A stretch of DNA of 55,909 nt, counting the filler, from Stramenopiles sp. TOSAG23-3 (Eukaryota), in the NCBI GenBank assembly GCA_900128585.1. It is 4 parts of 4 records of this genome, joined end to end, with 100 filler letters (N's around TTAATTAATTAA, not from the genome) between each part and the next. Parts side by side here need not be neighbours in the genome. Positions count along the whole stretch, not along the records: positions 51,706 to 53,757 come from LT645123.1; positions 53,858 to 55,909 come from LT645124.1; 2 more parts are not named here. One strand, written 5' to 3'. Positions 51,606-55,909 of this stretch are shown here, in pieces. The position numbers and the translations under genes were made by a program. Every line of letters starts with the position of its first letter. Within the stretch, counting starts at the first letter, position 1. The notes beneath the pieces were generated by a model, which saw only the letters and a list, made by a program, of their open reading frames with translations, made no database searches and was not told the origin of the DNA.

Positions 51606-51705
51606 NNNNNNNNNNNNNNNNNNNNNNNNNNNNNNNNNNNNNNNNNNNNTTAATTAATTAANNNNNNNNNNNNNNNNNNNNNNNNNNNNNNNNNNNNNNN
51701 NNNNN
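51606..51705. other. Assembly gap / contig joint with TTAATTAATTAA linker
   Basis: N block with central linker. Confidence 0.95.
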
Positions 51706-53515
51706 GGCCGTCGGTGATTTGGCTAAGAAAATGACCGTCTACAATCTAAAGACTGGTACGAAAGAACATGTGTTCGAGCACGAAAGCTGGGTCCTTACCT
51801 GCTGCTTTTCTCCGGAGAGTTTATTGGCCGTGGGTGACCGGGCTGGGAAAATGACCGTCTACAATCTCACAGCAGTTCCATTACCTAACGAATTACCTCT
51901 GTCTAAAAGTCCATCACATTGTAAACACGTAGTTCACCGCAGAGGTGAGGGCGGTACTACCATCCTCCATCGTTTAGTAAACGAGGGCACTACAGACCAA
52001 TTAAAAGCATATTTAGATGCTGTGGATTATGCCGGGCCAGTCCAGAACGATGAAAACAAGAGCCCCCTTGATCTAGCTGTCGGCCTTTTAGACCATGCAA
52101 AAGCAGAATTACTTCTTGAATCGTATGCATTGCATATTCAAAACCTGCTCAAAATACCAAACAGTTTATCATTTCTGTGCGAAAATTTAAAGCAAATGAC
52201 CGATGCGTTCCCAGATTTAACAGTAAAGTTATTGGATGGTTCGAAAAAAAAGTTGAATACCAAGAGCATGGAGCGTCTAGAGGTGAAATCAGTGCAGTAT
52301 AAGGCCTTTGCTAGCGCTGATGCGGAGAATCTGTGGACCTCTGATGACGCCCAAAAAGGAGGAAAAGAAGTTGCCGTGACCCCGTATCTTGTCGGTTTTC
52401 CCGGGTTTTTATCTCAGGACGGCCCATTCGACGCCATTGTGCGCAGCGAGAATTTAAAAGCATTTGAAACCGACGCGATGAAATACGCAGTAGACTACAA
52501 ATGGAAAACCTATGGTCGGAATGTCCAATTATTTATCGTGATCCTGTACGTGCTCATGCTTGCGTTGTTTACAATCGGCCAAATAGAACATATGTCTGGA
52601 AACGATTTTCTTCCATGGCTTATTGCTGCCTGTTTTCTTTCCGTCGTTTTCATCGTTGAGGAAGTCGCGCAAGTGTACAGTGATCCTTTGAGTTACTTTT
52701 CTTCGGGATGGAACGTTATAGATATTTGTGCGTATTTCATGGTTATTTTATCCACCGTTTTGTGCGGTTCCGTAGAAAACAACGCCGTTCCTGTAGTGTC
52801 TGGCTGGACCTTTATCGTTCTGTCCGTGAATTTTCTGAATTTCTTGCGGCCATTTGACTATTTTGGTTCGTTGATACGTATGATCACGCAAATCTTTTCA
52901 GACATGAAAAATTTCATCGTACTTCAGATGGTTTTTCTCTTTGGATTTACGATGTGTTTTATGGTCATGTTGGCCAATAGCGAAGCGTTTCAGGGCGCGG
53001 TGGCCTTTTTAACTGGGTACGAAATGATGCTTGGGGACTGGGACATGGGAAATTTCGAAGCCTTTACGATAAAAAAAATCAATTCCACCAGCGTGGTAGA
53101 AGTCCCAGATCCAGTGACGACTGGTTTTGCGATTCTAGCCTTTTGTTTGTACATGTTTTTGGTACCCATAGTAACAATGAACTTGCTAATCGCCATCATG
53201 GGTGATTCCTACGACCGTGTTAGGGACAATGAAGCCGTAGAAGGCCGGCTCCAGAAAGCAGGGGTGCTTGCCGACATGGATAGAACTTGGAGTTTTTGGT
53301 TGACAAGAAACGAAAGTGTTCGTAGAAGAAATTACCCACGGTGTTTTCATGTGTTGGAGCCCGATGGTCTGGATACGTACGAGGATTCGGAATGGGAAGG
53401 GCGGTTGAAGGCTTTGCGAAGGAGCTTGATGGAGAGTGATAAGAAGGTAGATGCTCTCCAGAAGGAAATGAACGAGAAGCTAGATGCAATCTTGAAGCAT
53501 TTGTCCAATTCGTGA
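51706..53515 (+). CDS. TRP-like cation channel with N-terminal WD40 repeats and ankyrin-like repeats; 5'-truncated by the gap
   Basis: HESWVLTCCFSPESLLAVGDRAGKMTVYN (WD40); TILHRLV and SPLDLAV (ankyrin-like); VDYKWKTYG, YFSSGWNVID, FGSLIRMITQIFSDMKNF, pore YEMMLGDWD, MNLLIAIMGDSYDRV (S6); C-terminal coiled coil. Confidence 0.9.
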
Positions 53516-53757
53516 GTCGTTTTTAGCCTATAAGATAATTGTAAATTCAGCTCACGAAATATTTTACATTGAATGAAAGACCTACTTCCCGGCGATAATC
53601 ATCCTTTGCTGTCTCCATATTAATATGAAAATAGCATATAATATGTTATTGAATACAGGTTACATGGACATACAGTCTATCATTGTTTGTATATTATCCC
53701 CTGTATCAAGTTTCTTGTCCTCGTTAAAGCCCTGTAGGGGATTTGGAGGCTCAAATC

Positions 53758-53857
53758 NNNNNNNNNNNNNNNNNNNNNNNNNNNNNNNNNNNNNNNNNNN
53801 NTTAATTAATTAANNNNNNNNNNNNNNNNNNNNNNNNNNNNNNNNNNNNNNNNNNNN
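53758..53857. other. Assembly gap / contig joint with TTAATTAATTAA linker
   Basis: N block with central linker. Confidence 0.95.
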
Positions 53858-54030
53858 TGTAAGTTTGTGTTGAAATAAATTTCCATCGTTTTTACACCGA
53901 AAAGAAATGTTAATTTATTTTAAGAGATGCTGTGTTCATCTAAAATACCGATTGATAAAACAAAAAAAAGAAACAAAAAAGTTGCAAAAGAACAATTGTT
54001 GTTGGAACGTTGCAACAAAGTTGGTGTTGT
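53858..54030. repeat. Third copy of the ~200-bp AT-rich dispersed repeat
   Basis: Aligns by eye to 32360-32530 and 32584-32740. Confidence 0.85.
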
Positions 54031-54298
54031 AGTTTATATAGGCCTTCCCAGAACAAGGTCACAGCAAAGAAAAAAAAAAGAAACGCTGCTTCTTTTTGTT
54101 TTCTTGTGCAGCGTCTCCAGCAGCAATTACGGCTAGAGACGGCACAAGGGTGGTTCCCTCTAGGGGCTCCGACTACAACAGCAATACCTTGCCGCCAGTG
54201 CAGAAAACTAATGGTGAAGAAGGGATAATTTTAAGTATATATACTAATTGTAAAATTTAAATGCGACGCTCAATTCCGTAAGCAGCAAGTAGCACCGG

Positions 54299-54766
54299 CT
54301 AGGGGCCACAGACTTTTTGCTGCTCCATATTGTACGCGGCGGCTGCAGCCCGCTTGTGCGGGGACAGCGGCTCCCCCATGAAGTTGGTGATCTCCTGCCT
54401 TCGCTTTTTCCCAGACGCCGGTGGCGGGTTGGGCTTGACGAGGACGAGGCCGGCGAAGTTGTTCCTCCCCTCCCGCTTCCCCTTGACGACCCCGTTCTTG
54501 TCCGTCGACCTTGACACTCACTCTATCTTTGGACTTCGGAAGGTTGAAAATGTACTGCGGGTTCTGGCAGAACTTTAGGTTCTCCTTCCCGGACCCCGGG
54601 ATGGCCATGGGCCCGCCCACGGTGTCTAGCTCGTCGCCGATGACCCAGCTCCCCTCGTAGGTCTGGCTTACAGCTCCGGCAAGGCGTCGACCTTGATCTC
54701 CTGGCGGGTGAAGACGTGCATCGTGTACGGGATCTTGACCCCCCACTCCCGGGTGTACGGGACGAT
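54299..54766 (-). pseudogene. Frameshifted fragment of a calpain domain III (C2-like) containing gene
   Basis: GC-rich island reading IVPYTREWGVKIPYTMHVFTRQEIKVDALPEL / SQTYEGSW...DTVGG...FCQNPQYIFNL / ...FAGLVLVKP over three frames; no start or upstream exon visible. Confidence 0.65.
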
Positions 54767-55663
54767 CTACGAGGATCCCTAATAATTATTGCCAATTATT
54801 AGGGCTATAGCTTAATCTATACTATAGTCTATAATATAATAATAAAATAATAATAATAACGCTGAAAGCCAAATATTTCCTTGCTGCGAGGGTAATGCTT
54901 GTGTTTATTTATACTACAATGTGACTCTGTAATATGCATTAGTAAGCATGAAATACAACAATGGGCGAAAGGATTACAAATGTATTATAATAAACACTTG
55001 TTCTGAATATGAAGGAAGAAGAAGAAGTTTATTATTAATATTATTATTATCATATAAATAACCTAATACTAACTCTGTGAAAGAAGGAGCCAAATTGCCA
55101 AGAAACAAGGAATTTTGATAAAAAAAAGTGGAGGAAGCCAGTGCGTGTGCGCATACATGAATGAATGAATTATAACTAAACAGAGAAAGAGGATGAAAAA
55201 CGAACGAACGAATAAAAAAGAAGAACTTCACAACACACTACACACACTGTGTACAGTATAAAAATGAAAGACCAAAAAAAGGGGGGGGGCTACATTTATG
55301 ATTATTCTTCCAATTTCTGTAATATTCCGAATAGTGTGTACAATAGTATGCCCCTATTAATCAAACATATTCTTTTTCTTTTCTTCAAGTATAAATTTAA
55401 TAACAGTAATGATGTGCTGAAATATTTTCACTATAGTATGGCGCTGTAATATCTTTATCTTTTTTTATGTGGAAAATATGGAATTTTCCTATATTATATC
55501 TACATATCCACATTTACGACTTAACTTCTGTTTCCCCATGCATTAGCATTTTGTAACGATTGGGAATTGAAAAGTACTAAAGTGGTAATCGCTCTCAAGG
55601 ACGAGAACAAGAGCAAACGTTCATTTACACGTATTAAAAGCATTGCGGATTACAAAAAGCAAA

Positions 55664-55828
55664 ATGAAATTAAAAACTGCAGCATTGGCGTTGGCTGTTG
55701 CGTCTACATCACTTACAGCTGCAAGTGGACACGGGCTGTGTAAAGAACCAGTTTCTTTTTACTCAGATTGCAAATTTGAACAAGAAACTTCTAAGGTATC
55801 TATTGAGGGAGATCATCTCTTGGTAAAG
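55664..55828 (+). CDS. First exon of a putative secreted protein (signal peptide); continues beyond the window
   Basis: MKLKTAALALAVASTSLTAASGHGLCKEPVSFYSDCKFEQETSKVSIEGDHLLVK, followed by AG|GTAGAA and a GAA tract. Absent from the ORF track because no stop lies in the window. Confidence 0.65.
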
Positions 55829-55830
55829 GT

Positions 55831-55909
55831 AGAAGAAGAAGAAGAAGAAGAAGAAGAAGAAGAAGAAGAAAGAAGAAGAAGAAGAAGAAGAAGAAGAAGA
55901 AGAAAGAAG
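55831..55909. repeat. (GAA)n microsatellite
   Basis: Seen directly. Confidence 0.95.

Overview
Eukaryotic nuclear DNA, inferred to come from a flagellated protist (probably a stramenopile) with very few introns. There are about 24 compact, mostly single-exon, GC-richer genes separated by AT-rich spacers that carry long GAA/TTC microsatellites. Three 100-nt N gaps each contain the artificial linker TTAATTAATTAA, so adjacency across them is unproven. Recognisable genes are a Dsc3-like ubiquitin-ligase subunit, an MFS transporter, ATG9 (frameshifted at a G12 run), a WD40 protein, a zeta-crystallin-like quinone reductase, a glutaminyl cyclase, an SCP/CTD phosphatase, NAT9, ALDH3 and several ankyrin, IQ and LRR proteins. 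The most unusual items are: (i) a ~7-TM protein with a C-terminal LRR plus Notch/LNR ectodomain, flanked by telomere-like TTTAGGG motifs; (ii) a TRP-like channel with N-terminal WD40 repeats that are near-identical at DNA level; (iii) a fusion of a degenerate class II aldolase domain and a SET domain; (iv) a PGPGxY (SHIPPO) repeat protein with fascin-like inserts; (v) a DCL-xRRM-RGG protein; (vi) a cryptic Tc1/mariner relic and a calpain pseudogene; and (vii) several recurring non-coding motifs. All domain calls are by eye; no searches were run. No rRNA, tRNA or CRISPR array was seen.
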